From assembly GCA_020725895.1 (NCBI GenBank), contig DYTO01000001.1:30894-94893 (forward strand): DNA of 64,000 nucleotides, written 5' to 3'. This stretch comes from Candidatus Hadarchaeum sp. (GTDB lineage Archaea; Hadarchaeota; Hadarchaeia; Hadarchaeales; Hadarchaeaceae). The translations under genes and the position numbers were made by a program. Below, in pieces: positions 54,626 to 62,977 of this stretch (positions within the stretch are counted from its first letter, which is position 1; every line of letters begins with the position of its first letter). The notes under the pieces were generated by a model. That model was not told the origin of the DNA, did not search any database, and saw only the letters and a list, made by a program, of their open reading frames with translations.

Positions 54626-54710
54626 GCAGGGGTAGCCAAGCCAGGTCTACGGCGCTGGATTCAGGGTCCAGTCCTTTAGGGGTTCGGGGGTTCGAATCCC
54701 CTCCCCTGCA
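54626..54710 (+). tRNA. tRNA-Leu(CAG), class II with long variable arm; CCA encoded (54711-54713)
   Basis: Acceptor GCAGGGG pairs CCCCTGC. Anticodon stem CTGGA/TCCAG with loop TT-CAG-GG (anticodon 54662-64). 13-nt variable arm. T-arm GGGGG-TTCGAAT-CCCC(T). Discriminator A. Confidence 0.85.
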
Positions 54711-54913
54711 CCATAGGTTGAGAAGGCGAAATAGGGCTTCTTTCAGGATTTCCGTATGACAGGCGTCCTGCTTTTGTCAGGACAAATGAAAGTTGCTCCA
54801 GCTCGGGTTTAGAACCCCTGAGCCGGTAGGGAATAGATATTTTACACGACCAACGCATAATTCTCTTTGTAGATATACACGGTGAAGGTGAGATAAAAAG
54901 AGAGGATGAAAAG

Positions 54914-55969
54914 ATGAGTGCATTAGAAAGTTTGACCGAAACAAAAGTAAAGAAAATGGCAGGCGATAAGGTCTTCTCGAGAGGTTATGATTATTTTGTC
55001 GGGGGGCATGTCGGAGAGATAACAAAAACAGAAAAGGATGTCAGGGCAAGGGTGCTTGGAAGGGGTGGAACACTCTATTCGGTGCACATCGAGGGGAAAG
55101 GTAAAAGATTGGAGTCCAATTGCACATGCCCGTTCGGCGGGTTCTGCAAGCACATCGTTGCAGTTCTCCTCTCGTTGGTGAAGAAGAGCGGCGGTATCAC
55201 GCAGATAAACACGAAAGAGGTGGAAAACAACTTGCGCTCAAAAAGCAAGGATGAACTCGTTGGTATAATCTTAGATCATGCTTACTCTGATACGGACTTC
55301 ATGAAGTCTCTTCTCGTCGAAACGCACATAAAAGTGAAAAAGGCGGTCGACGTTTCCTTTTTCAAGAGAGAAATAGACAGACGTTTGGCCGAGGCTAACT
55401 ACGTCCAATACCCGAACGTTTATGAATACGTGAGCGGATTGGAACAGTTCGCGGAGCAGATACAAAGACTGGCGAAGTCGGGGTTCGCGAGGGAGGCCTC
55501 TGAACTGCTTTTTTACTTCATCAAACAAAGCGTGGATGCTCTTGAAAACAGCGGGATAGACGATTCAGATGGCAATTTTGGGGAGTTCATAATTTCTTTG
55601 GGGGAGCCCTACGCAAAAGCCTTGAAGGCCTCAAGGGACAAGAGCGCAATTTCAGCGGAAGACATCGTAGACTTGTACCTCAAAGCACGCGATTATGGTG
55701 TTGATGATGGTCTTGATCTTATCCTTAGCGTGCTGTCAGAAGAAACTCTGCTGCGAGCGGAAGAGCTGGCTCGAGAGAGGGTCGAAAGGGTAAAGGATAA
55801 AGCTGAATCTTGGCAGTCGACTGACGAAAGGTTCCTATTAGTGACCATTCTCGCGTTGTTGAGCAAGAGGGAGGAGTACACAAGACTCTGCAAAGAATGG
55901 GACGAAAAGGAATGGATAACCGAGCTGAAAGAGATCGAAAAGGAGAGGAAAAGGTGGGCCCTTGGCTGA
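54914..55969 (+). CDS. SWIM zinc-finger domain protein
   Basis: CTCPFGGFCKHIVAVLL (CxC...CxH SWIM) near the N-terminus. 351 aa, helical and acidic C-terminal region. Lower GC than its surroundings. Confidence 0.55.
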   Translation: MSALESLTETKVKKMAGDKVFSRGYDYFVGGHVGEITKTEKDVRARVLGRGGTLYSVHIEGKGKRLESNCTCPFGGFCKHIVAVLLSLVKKSGGITQINTKEVENNLRSKSKDELVGIILDHAYSDTDFMKSLLVETHIKVKKAVDVSFFKREIDRRLAEANYVQYPNVYEYVSGLEQFAEQIQRLAKSGFAREASELLFYFIKQSVDALENSGIDDSDGNFGEFIISLGEPYAKALKASRDKSAISAEDIVDLYLKARDYGVDDGLDLILSVLSEETLLRAEELARERVERVKDKAESWQSTDERFLLVTILALLSKREEYTRLCKEWDEKEWITELKEIEKERKRWALG

Positions 55970-56825
55970 GCCTGAAAAATTCCGCACCTGCCAGTTCTGT
56001 GGCGCGAAGGTGAAACTGGAAAACATACTTGAGCACAAAATTGAGGTTCACCACAAGGATTTGTATCTTAGCGAAACTGGGGCGATGGCCGAGGACGAGG
56101 TGCACGCCGCATGCGATAAGGCAGCTGAACTAATGATGGCCAATGATCCCAAAAAGGCGTTGAAGCTTTTTGAGAAGGTGTTGAAAGTTGACCCTAGAAA
56201 TTTCGGAGCGTGGCATGACATGGGATTGGCGCTCACAGACCTTGGGAGAGACAAAGAAGCCCTGAACTCGTTCGACAAGTGCATCGAGCTCAACCCAAAC
56301 TTCGCGAGAGCGTGGCTGAGCAAAGGGAACTTTTTGCATCGCGTGGAAGAGAAGGAAGACGAAGCCGTGAAGTGTTATGAAGAGGCAATCAAGCGCGACC
56401 CGGGCATCCCCCAAGCGTGGTACAACCTAGGCGTCATTTCTGCGGCAAAGGAGAACTACGATGAAGCCTTGATGTGTTTTGACGAGTCGATAAAGCTGGA
56501 TGAGAAGTACTGCTTACCGTGGGCGGCCAAGGCAGTAGTTTTGATGCGGCGTGGGAAGAAGGAGGAGGGCGAAGCGTGCCTCCGGAAAGCATACGAGCTG
56601 GATCCGGAACTCACAGAAGACCTTACCATGATGCCCCCGACACCAAAAATCCCAGATGGAGTCAAACAAATTATGGCCGAAAACCCAGAACTCAAGTCCT
56701 TCATCGACTGCTTGTGTGAACGGGTTACACTTCTGCACGAGAATTTCATCCTACTGAAGAAGCTCGCCGAACTGGTCGAGGAGGAACGGGAGCTCAAGAA
56801 GCGTCTTAGTTGCTACGAGAGATGA
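55962..56825 (+). CDS. TPR-repeat protein with N-terminal zinc ribbon
   Basis: CQFCGAKVKL...HH, then at least five TPR units (WHDMGLALTDLGRDKEALNSFDKCIELNPN, ARAWLSKGNFL..., AWYNLGVISAAKENYDEALMCFDESIKLD...). Confidence 0.7.
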   Translation: MAEPEKFRTCQFCGAKVKLENILEHKIEVHHKDLYLSETGAMAEDEVHAACDKAAELMMANDPKKALKLFEKVLKVDPRNFGAWHDMGLALTDLGRDKEALNSFDKCIELNPNFARAWLSKGNFLHRVEEKEDEAVKCYEEAIKRDPGIPQAWYNLGVISAAKENYDEALMCFDESIKLDEKYCLPWAAKAVVLMRRGKKEEGEACLRKAYELDPELTEDLTMMPPTPKIPDGVKQIMAENPELKSFIDCLCERVTLLHENFILLKKLAELVEEERELKKRLSCYER

Positions 56826-57086
56826 CGGCGAGCTTCGTCCTATGGCTGAAATTTGACGCTTCCCTTGAAACCCCAAATTTCGAGGTTTTGCGGGAGTTGT
56901 GCCTACATGGCGCAGGCATAGCCACACTCCGGAGCGTCCTTATTAGGGATTTGGAAGCCGAGGCCTCCATTGGTCCGCCGTGGGCTTTCATCCGGTTCGC
57001 CCGCTGTTTCCCACGCGGTTACCTGCGCCGATCATTCTTCTATGTGGCTTGATAAGAAGCTAGTTGTTTTGACTGGTATGCGCAAG

Positions 57087-57278
57087 TCAACGCTTTAGCG
57101 CGAATTCAGTAAGATAGCTTGTAAACTCTCCGTGCCTCTCTGGATCCGAATACCACTCTCCAAACACCCTCTGAAAGCTCACTCTTCTGCCCAGCTTCTC
57201 CTTTAGATAACGCTCCAGCTCCCCCGTGTAAATCACGATCCCGCCCTGCATCTGCACGTATTGCGCGAAGTTCACCAT
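57087..57278 (-). CDS. small hypothetical protein (63 aa)
   Basis: Overlaps the rhomboid gene end by 7 nt on the same strand. No motif. Confidence 0.3.
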   Translation of the reverse strand: MVNFAQYVQMQGGIVIYTGELERYLKEKLGRRVSFQRVFGEWYSDPERHGEFTSYLTEFALKR

Positions 57279-57940
57279 TTTACCTGATACTTCGATCTCA
57301 TCCCTACACCTCTATGTGGCGACGTATCCTGTTTTGATTTGTTGCGACGTTTCCAAACGCCAAGTACAATCCCAATCATTAACCCTGCAATATGATCTCC
57401 ATAACCAACTTCTGCTGTCGACGTAAAGAGGAAGGCGACGTTTAAAATCCCATAAAATAGCCCAACGGTGGATGCCGGAATGTATCTTATCCCAAATGGG
57501 AATCGAACTGGATAATCTGGCTCACTCACGGCAAGGAATCCCAAGACACCGAAGATGGCGCCAGAAGCCCCCAAAGCGCCTATCGTTGGCTGGACGGTCA
57601 GAATTGTTCCGATGTTGGCGAGAACCCCCGTCAGCAAAAATACCAGCAAGAGGTATTTTTTTCCGGCCACGGTTTCAACGTAGTATCCAAAAATTGAAAG
57701 CCCAATCAAATTCAATGCCAAATGTTCAATATTTGCGTGCAAAAATATGGATGTCAAGAATGTCCAGGGTTTTGCTAAAGCATCAGCCGACACAAATTTG
57801 AGTTCGTTTAAAACTTGCAAATTCGCAAAGGATTGAGCAACGAAGATGGCGATCAAAATAAATATGAGAGCAATTGTCAAAATCGGAAATTTTTGCCAAC
57901 GGTTTGAAATTTTTCCTAGTTTACTCATTCGTCCACCCAT
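57272..57940 (-). CDS. rhomboid-family intramembrane serine protease
   Basis: IFLHANIEHLALN, GALGASGAIFGVLG (GxSG), AHLMIGIVLG (catalytic His); 6 TM. 222 aa. Confidence 0.75.
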   Translation of the reverse strand: MGGRMSKLGKISNRWQKFPILTIALIFILIAIFVAQSFANLQVLNELKFVSADALAKPWTFLTSIFLHANIEHLALNLIGLSIFGYYVETVAGKKYLLLVFLLTGVLANIGTILTVQPTIGALGASGAIFGVLGFLAVSEPDYPVRFPFGIRYIPASTVGLFYGILNVAFLFTSTAEVGYGDHIAGLMIGIVLGVWKRRNKSKQDTSPHRGVGMRSKYQVKW

Positions 57941-58000
57941 TCAATCACGTCAAAAATTCGTAAAAGTGTGTTTTAAATCTCGTGCACCACTTCAAAACGA

Positions 58001-58795
58001 TTATTTCAGTTCAGCCCTTTTCTCCCGGATGACGTCGTAAGCCGAACCCGCGATCAGCCCGGCGATGACGGAAAACAGGAAGAAACCCGTTATCGCTTCG
58101 ATCGAGGCGATGAACCTCGTGTTCCCTACCGGATAGAACTCGCCCGTGCCGAGCGTCGTCAGGGTCGTCACGCTGAAGTACCAGGATTCCATCCCGTTGA
58201 CGCGATCGAAGTTCTCACCTATGCTCGATTCGATCCCGTCCATGTTGGGACTGGAGTATATCGTGGCGAACCACGAGACGTAGATGAAGAGAACGATTAT
58301 CGAGGCAGCGATCTGGACCCACCTCTTGTGCGTTATCAGGTTTATCGCCCGCGCGATGATTATGTCCTTAAGGATCATTATGAAGACCGAGAGCTGGAGG
58401 TTCAGCCCGACGAGCGAGCTGAGGTTGAACGCGTCCGTTTCCCTCGCGGGCCCGGACGTGGCCAGGAATGCTGAAAAGGAGATGAAGAACGAGATCATGA
58501 AAAGTATCATGCTTATCCGACAGTAGCGCACAGCCAGGGACCTGCTCTTCGTCGACATCAGGAAGAAAAACGTCACAACAAGCGTAAGCAAGAATATCAC
58601 GCTCTTCCACGGCGGGGACTGAACGAGCCATGTCCTCGCGACGATGAAGAACGCTATGAAGAAGATCACGTAGACCCACCATCGCCGGTGGATTGATTCG
58701 CCGAAAGCCTTCGAGTAGTCCTCGAGTATCTTCATTTTGGCATCCTTGACTGGATTTCCGGCGGCGCCAATAATGCTGCTGGTGCGGATTTGCAA
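58001..58795 (-). CDS. pore-loop cation channel-like membrane protein with atypical selectivity-filter sequence
   Basis: Six hydrophobic helices, then the pore-helix/filter-like WYFSVTTLTTLGTGEFYP and the inner helix IASIEAITGFFLFSVIAG. The filter reads TLGTGE where K+ channels have TVGYGD. Confidence 0.5.
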   Translation of the reverse strand: MQIRTSSIIGAAGNPVKDAKMKILEDYSKAFGESIHRRWWVYVIFFIAFFIVARTWLVQSPPWKSVIFLLTLVVTFFFLMSTKSRSLAVRYCRISMILFMISFFISFSAFLATSGPARETDAFNLSSLVGLNLQLSVFIMILKDIIIARAINLITHKRWVQIAASIIVLFIYVSWFATIYSSPNMDGIESSIGENFDRVNGMESWYFSVTTLTTLGTGEFYPVGNTRFIASIEAITGFFLFSVIAGLIAGSAYDVIREKRAELK

Positions 58796-58838
58796 AACGC
58801 CACCCCGCTTGATTATTTTAGCTTAGGCGCAATAGTTT

Positions 58839-60419
58839 TTGGGCATCATGATTGCAAAAACAGGGAAGGATTTCGACGTCGTGCTCGTGACGGCCGACTA
58901 CTACGACGACCACCCGTTCTCGCCTGCCGGGGTGATTGCGCGCGTTCTGGACGCGAAGGGTTTCCGCGTCGGGATAATCGAGAAGCCGGAAAATGCGGAG
59001 GACTTCAAGAGGCTGGGCGCGCCAAAGCTATGCTTCTGCGTGACGACCGGCGCCGTGGACAGCATGGTCAACAACTACACGCCGCTGAAGAAGAGGCGGA
59101 CGGGGATCCTCACGGAGATGCCGGACCGCGCGATGATAGTCTACTGCAACGCCCTGAGGCGGCACTTCAAGTCGAGCAAGATCGTCATCGGCGGAATCGA
59201 GGCCTCGCTAAGGCGCTTCGCCCACTACGACTACTGGGACAACGACGTCAGGCGCAGCATCCTCCTCGACTCGCGCGCGGACATCCTCGTCTACGGGAGC
59301 GGGGAGAAGCAGGTCATCGAGATCGCGGAGAGGCTGAGGGAAGGGAAGGGCCTGCGTGGGATTCTCGGCACGTGCATCCTCTCGAAGGAGGCCGGCGCCG
59401 GGTTCGAAATCCTGCCTTCTTTCAGGGAGGCGAAGGGGGACAAGAAAAAGTTCTGCCGCATGCAGATGGCGTTCTCCAACTGCAAGGACCAGGCCCAGGA
59501 GTACGACAACAACTTCGTCCTGCAGTTCAAATCGCCGAAGTACACGCCCGCAGACCTGGACCGGGTATATTCGCTCGGTTTCACGAGGAACCTCCACCCG
59601 AAATCGCTGCTCAAGATGGCGCAGTTTTCCGTGGTCACCCACCGCGGCTGCATCGGTGGCTGCAACTTCTGCTCGATCTCGCTCCACCACGGCGATAACA
59701 TAGTCTCGCGCTCCGAGGCGAACATCCTCGACGAGATAAGGCGCCTCACGAAGCACCCCGACTTCAAGGGGTACATTGACGACCTCGGCGGGCCGTCCGC
59801 GAACATGTACGGGATGGACTGCGAGAAGGCTTGCGGGGAGGGCTGCATCAGTTGCCCGACGATCGACAGGAGCCACGGGAGGCTAATCTCGCTGCTGAGG
59901 AAGGCGCGCGCGGCCCCCGGCGTGAAGAAGGTCTTCGTCAGGAGCGGCATCAGGTACGACCTCGCGCTCGAGAGCAGGGAGTACCTCAAGGAGATTTCCG
60001 AGCACCACGTATCCGGGACTCTGAAGATAGCGCCGGAGCACTTCTCCGAGGAGGTTCTCAGGCTGATGAACAAGGACAACGCGCGGTTCGAGGACTTCGT
60101 GGATCTCTTTCGCGCGCTCAACAAGGGGAGGAGGCAGGCCTTGAGGTTCTACATAATGATCGGGCACCCTGGCGACGACAAGATCCAGGTGAAGTTCCTT
60201 AGCGAGAAGCTCTCGATGTTCAGGAACATAGAGCAGTTCCAGCTCTTCACTCCGACGCCGATGACGGTCTCCTCATGCATGTACTGGACTGGCCTGAACC
60301 CGCTGACGCTCGAGGAGGTCAAGGTGGTGCACGACTACCGGACGAAGAAGCGCATGAAGAGGATTTTGCTCAAGTCGATCAAGGAGTCTCACTCGGAGGA
60401 CGCGCTCTCGTGGGAATAG
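58839..60419 (+). CDS. YgiQ-family radical SAM protein (UPF0313)
   Basis: N-terminal B12-binding-like domain, CIGGCNFC CX3CX2C, C-terminal DUF3362-like region. 526 aa. The overlapping Arg-rich ORF 58790..59698 is rejected. Confidence 0.75.
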   Translation: MGIMIAKTGKDFDVVLVTADYYDDHPFSPAGVIARVLDAKGFRVGIIEKPENAEDFKRLGAPKLCFCVTTGAVDSMVNNYTPLKKRRTGILTEMPDRAMIVYCNALRRHFKSSKIVIGGIEASLRRFAHYDYWDNDVRRSILLDSRADILVYGSGEKQVIEIAERLREGKGLRGILGTCILSKEAGAGFEILPSFREAKGDKKKFCRMQMAFSNCKDQAQEYDNNFVLQFKSPKYTPADLDRVYSLGFTRNLHPKSLLKMAQFSVVTHRGCIGGCNFCSISLHHGDNIVSRSEANILDEIRRLTKHPDFKGYIDDLGGPSANMYGMDCEKACGEGCISCPTIDRSHGRLISLLRKARAAPGVKKVFVRSGIRYDLALESREYLKEISEHHVSGTLKIAPEHFSEEVLRLMNKDNARFEDFVDLFRALNKGRRQALRFYIMIGHPGDDKIQVKFLSEKLSMFRNIEQFQLFTPTPMTVSSCMYWTGLNPLTLEEVKVVHDYRTKKRMKRILLKSIKESHSEDALSWE

Positions 60420-60482
60420 GAAATTTTCGGCAGTATAACAGACTTGTATAACAACCTGATATAACGGCCAAATATAACACGC

Positions 60483-61301
60483 TTATTCCACGTACTTGAC
60501 CTGTTTGGCCTCGGCAACGATTTTTTCCAGAACGCCTTTTTGCAGCCCGGTTCTCTGCCGCAGCTTCTCGATGTCCGTCTCCACGAGGTCCTTCGTCAGC
60601 ATGAGCCCCGCCTGGAATAACCTCTCCCTCGTGAAGGATTTCAGAGACTGCAGGACCGTCACCGGGTAAAGCTCCTTGTCCTCGATCAGGCGCTCAAGGC
60701 TCTCTTTTTTCGGGTATCCCCAGCAGGTGACCTTTAGCCCCACGCAGTCCGCGAATTTTATAGCATCCTGCGTCAGCTTCGTGTTGCATGTGATCCACCC
60801 GTAGTCGAAGTTATTTCCCAGGTCGAGGAAACGCGCGTGGGTGTACATCGCCACCTTCACGTCCGTGTGGATGCCGGGCATGTTGTGGTACTTGCACTCG
60901 ATCATGTACTTCTTCCCCTCCTTCTCGGCGGCGATATCGACTTCGTGGTTGATGCACTTCCCGCGGATTATCTGGCCGACCTTGGTAGCGTATCCGTAGT
61001 TCTGCAGTACCTCGGCCATGTACTTCTCGAACTGGAAGCCGGCCGGGCCGAGCGCCATTATCGCGCGCTTGAGGCTGTACCTGGTCGCGGCGCCGGGCTG
61101 CCTCCCGAGGAGCCTGAGCGTTATTTTGAGTATCTCGTGCGTGGAAATGCCGTCGTAGACCTGCTTACCGACCTCCGCCGCGATTTTCTCGGCGAGATCC
61201 TCCGGAGCGCCGGCCTTGATGCACGTGCGCCTGACCTTCCTGGCGTCGAACTCCTCCCTCTCTCCCGAGGCCTTCAGGACGTACATTTTCCACCAGTCCA
61301 A
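60483..61301 (-). CDS. ATP-cone domain protein fused to a restriction-endonuclease-like (Mrr-cat/PD-(D/E)xK) domain
   Basis: N-terminal MYVLKASGEREEFDARKVRRTCIKAG ATP-cone, as in the NrdR/RNR regulatory domain. C-terminal EVDIAAEKEGKKYMIECKY resembles a PD-(D/E)xK core. Confidence 0.5.
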   Translation of the reverse strand: MDWWKMYVLKASGEREEFDARKVRRTCIKAGAPEDLAEKIAAEVGKQVYDGISTHEILKITLRLLGRQPGAATRYSLKRAIMALGPAGFQFEKYMAEVLQNYGYATKVGQIIRGKCINHEVDIAAEKEGKKYMIECKYHNMPGIHTDVKVAMYTHARFLDLGNNFDYGWITCNTKLTQDAIKFADCVGLKVTCWGYPKKESLERLIEDKELYPVTVLQSLKSFTRERLFQAGLMLTKDLVETDIEKLRQRTGLQKGVLEKIVAEAKQVKYVE

Positions 61302-61410
61302 ATCGGCTTGCGCGAGGATAAGTTTTTCGTTGGGGATTGGGAGGATTCGAGCCTTATTAGACCTTGTTTCACTAAATGGTGAAAAATATATATACTAACG
61401 AAATTAAAAA

Positions 61411-62034
61411 GTGAAACTGATGCACATGAAAATCGAGCGAATTTACCGTGAGCTCCTGTTGCGCAGCCTATCCAAGGAGTTTCTCACAAAACAGGAGGAC
61501 CTCGCCAGCCGCTGCCAGACTTCCATCGGCCTTGTAAGCAAGGCTGTGAAAAAGTTGGAAGATGCGCACGCGGTGGAGGCCACGAGGCAGGGCGTCCGGG
61601 TACTTTCCTCGGCGCGGGTCTTGAACATTTGGGCAACCGAACGCAAGCTTTCAAGGGACATTTTCGCGGCTTTTCGCCTGGATTCACTGGACAAGGTTGA
61701 AAAGGAATTGCCGCGTGCCGCGATAATCACCGCGTTCTCCGCATGGCGCGCATTGACCGGCAGGCGCCCGGCCGACTATTCGCGCATATACTTCTACGTA
61801 CGGGAAAGCGTGGATTTCGAACGCTGGTTCAGGTTTCGGGAGACCGGCGCAAGGAAGACCAATCCAAACGTTTTCGTCCTGAAAGCCGACGACCCGCACT
61901 TGTTGTCGACATCGGAGAGAGGGATTGCCCCCGTCCCGCAGGTATATGTCGACATATATTCGGTCGGTGGGCCCGAGGCGGCGCCATATCTTCGGGACAT
62001 CGCCGAGAGATATCCGGAGTTGAGCCCGTGGTAG
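61411..62034 (+). CDS. wHTH transcriptional regulator with conserved C-terminal domain (paralog of 42003..42635)
   Basis: HTH TKQEDLASRCQTSIGLVSKAVKKLEDAHAVE. C-terminal motifs shared with the paralog. Confidence 0.5.
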   Translation: MKLMHMKIERIYRELLLRSLSKEFLTKQEDLASRCQTSIGLVSKAVKKLEDAHAVEATRQGVRVLSSARVLNIWATERKLSRDIFAAFRLDSLDKVEKELPRAAIITAFSAWRALTGRRPADYSRIYFYVRESVDFERWFRFRETGARKTNPNVFVLKADDPHLLSTSERGIAPVPQVYVDIYSVGGPEAAPYLRDIAERYPELSPW

Positions 62035-62672
62035 AGTTTTGGCGCGACGAGACGGTCGAGCAGTCATGGCGGATTCTCGAGAAGCTGAACAAGATGGCAG
62101 ATTTTGTTGTAATAGGGGGCTGGGGGGTTTACCTCTGGACACGCAAGCTCAAGAGCCGCGACATCGACATATACATCGACCAGGAAAACTTCTACAAGCT
62201 GCAGGCAAGGGCGCTCAAGGATGGCATCGCGATCAAGCGCAACCCCCGGCTGAAAAAGTTCGAGATCGTGCTCGAGGGCACCGAGGTGGATATATACACG
62301 CCATTCATGTGCGGCCTCGCCATACCATGCGTCGACGTTTTCAGAAGTGGCATGATATCGAACGTCGAGGGTTTTAGGGTGGTCGCCCCCGAGCCGTTGC
62401 TTTTGCTAAAGGCCCAGGCGGCAAGGGAGAGGTGGGGCTCGGAGAAGGGGATGAAGGACAGGGTGGACATCATCTCCATGCTGGCTTTCGTGGACCTGAA
62501 ATACCCGGTCTTGAACGACCTCCTGAAAAAGCACGATGCCGAAAAGTCGCTGCGAAAGACGATCGTGAGGACTTTGAGGGATAGCAGGGCCGAATACAGG
62601 GCGATTGGGCTCAGGTACGAGAAGGAAGGCGTCAAGCTGGCAAGGGCCGTTGAAAAGAACCTTGCCGTTTAG
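62029..62672 (+). CDS. minimal nucleotidyltransferase-fold protein, hypothetical
   Basis: FVVIGGWGVYLWTRKLKSRDIDIYI is the hG[GS]...DhD NTase signature. I place the start at GTG 62029, overlapping the upstream stop (GTGGTAG); the track ORF 61743 carries a spurious N-terminus. Confidence 0.45.
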
Positions 62673-62783
62673 CTCACACGGCGATTTGTTGATATCAGGG
62701 CGTTGAATACTGTCTCGTTCAGGCATGGAGCATTGTTGCGAACGTTTTTTATACCTCCTCAGCCGAGCGTGATTTGGGAAGGG

Positions 62784-62954
62784 CATGGTGCAGTGCTCTG
62801 TTTGCAGGCGGGAATATCCCAGGGAGCATCTGACGGGGTGCAGCGAGTGCGGGGACCTGTTCTGCACGATATGCATGGATAAGGACGAGACTATGGAGGC
62901 GCTCGGGATCTGCTCAGACTGCGAGGAGGTCCACGGGGCGGAAGAGGAGCTTGA
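62784..62954 (+). CDS. small cysteine-rich zinc-finger protein (56 aa), hypothetical
   Basis: MVQCSVCRREYPREHLTGCSECGDLFCTICMDKDETMEALGICSDCEEVHGAGRGA has four CxxC pairs. Below the track cutoff. Confidence 0.3.
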
Positions 62955-62977
62955 ATAATTACTGAACTTTGGCAAAT

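Noticed and set aside
54720-54860. A second tRNA just downstream of tRNA-Leu (TTCGAA-like sequence and hairpin)
   Set aside because: Only a single hairpin with a 7-nt loop can be drawn. No acceptor/D/anticodon arms are evident on either strand.
58790-59876. Overlapping + strand ORFs 58790..59698 and 59356..59703 and minus-strand ORFs 59208..59876 and 59291..60124 within the YgiQ gene
   Set aside because: Arg-rich alternative-frame translations of a GC-rich gene. The YgiQ frame has the radical SAM and B12-like motifs.
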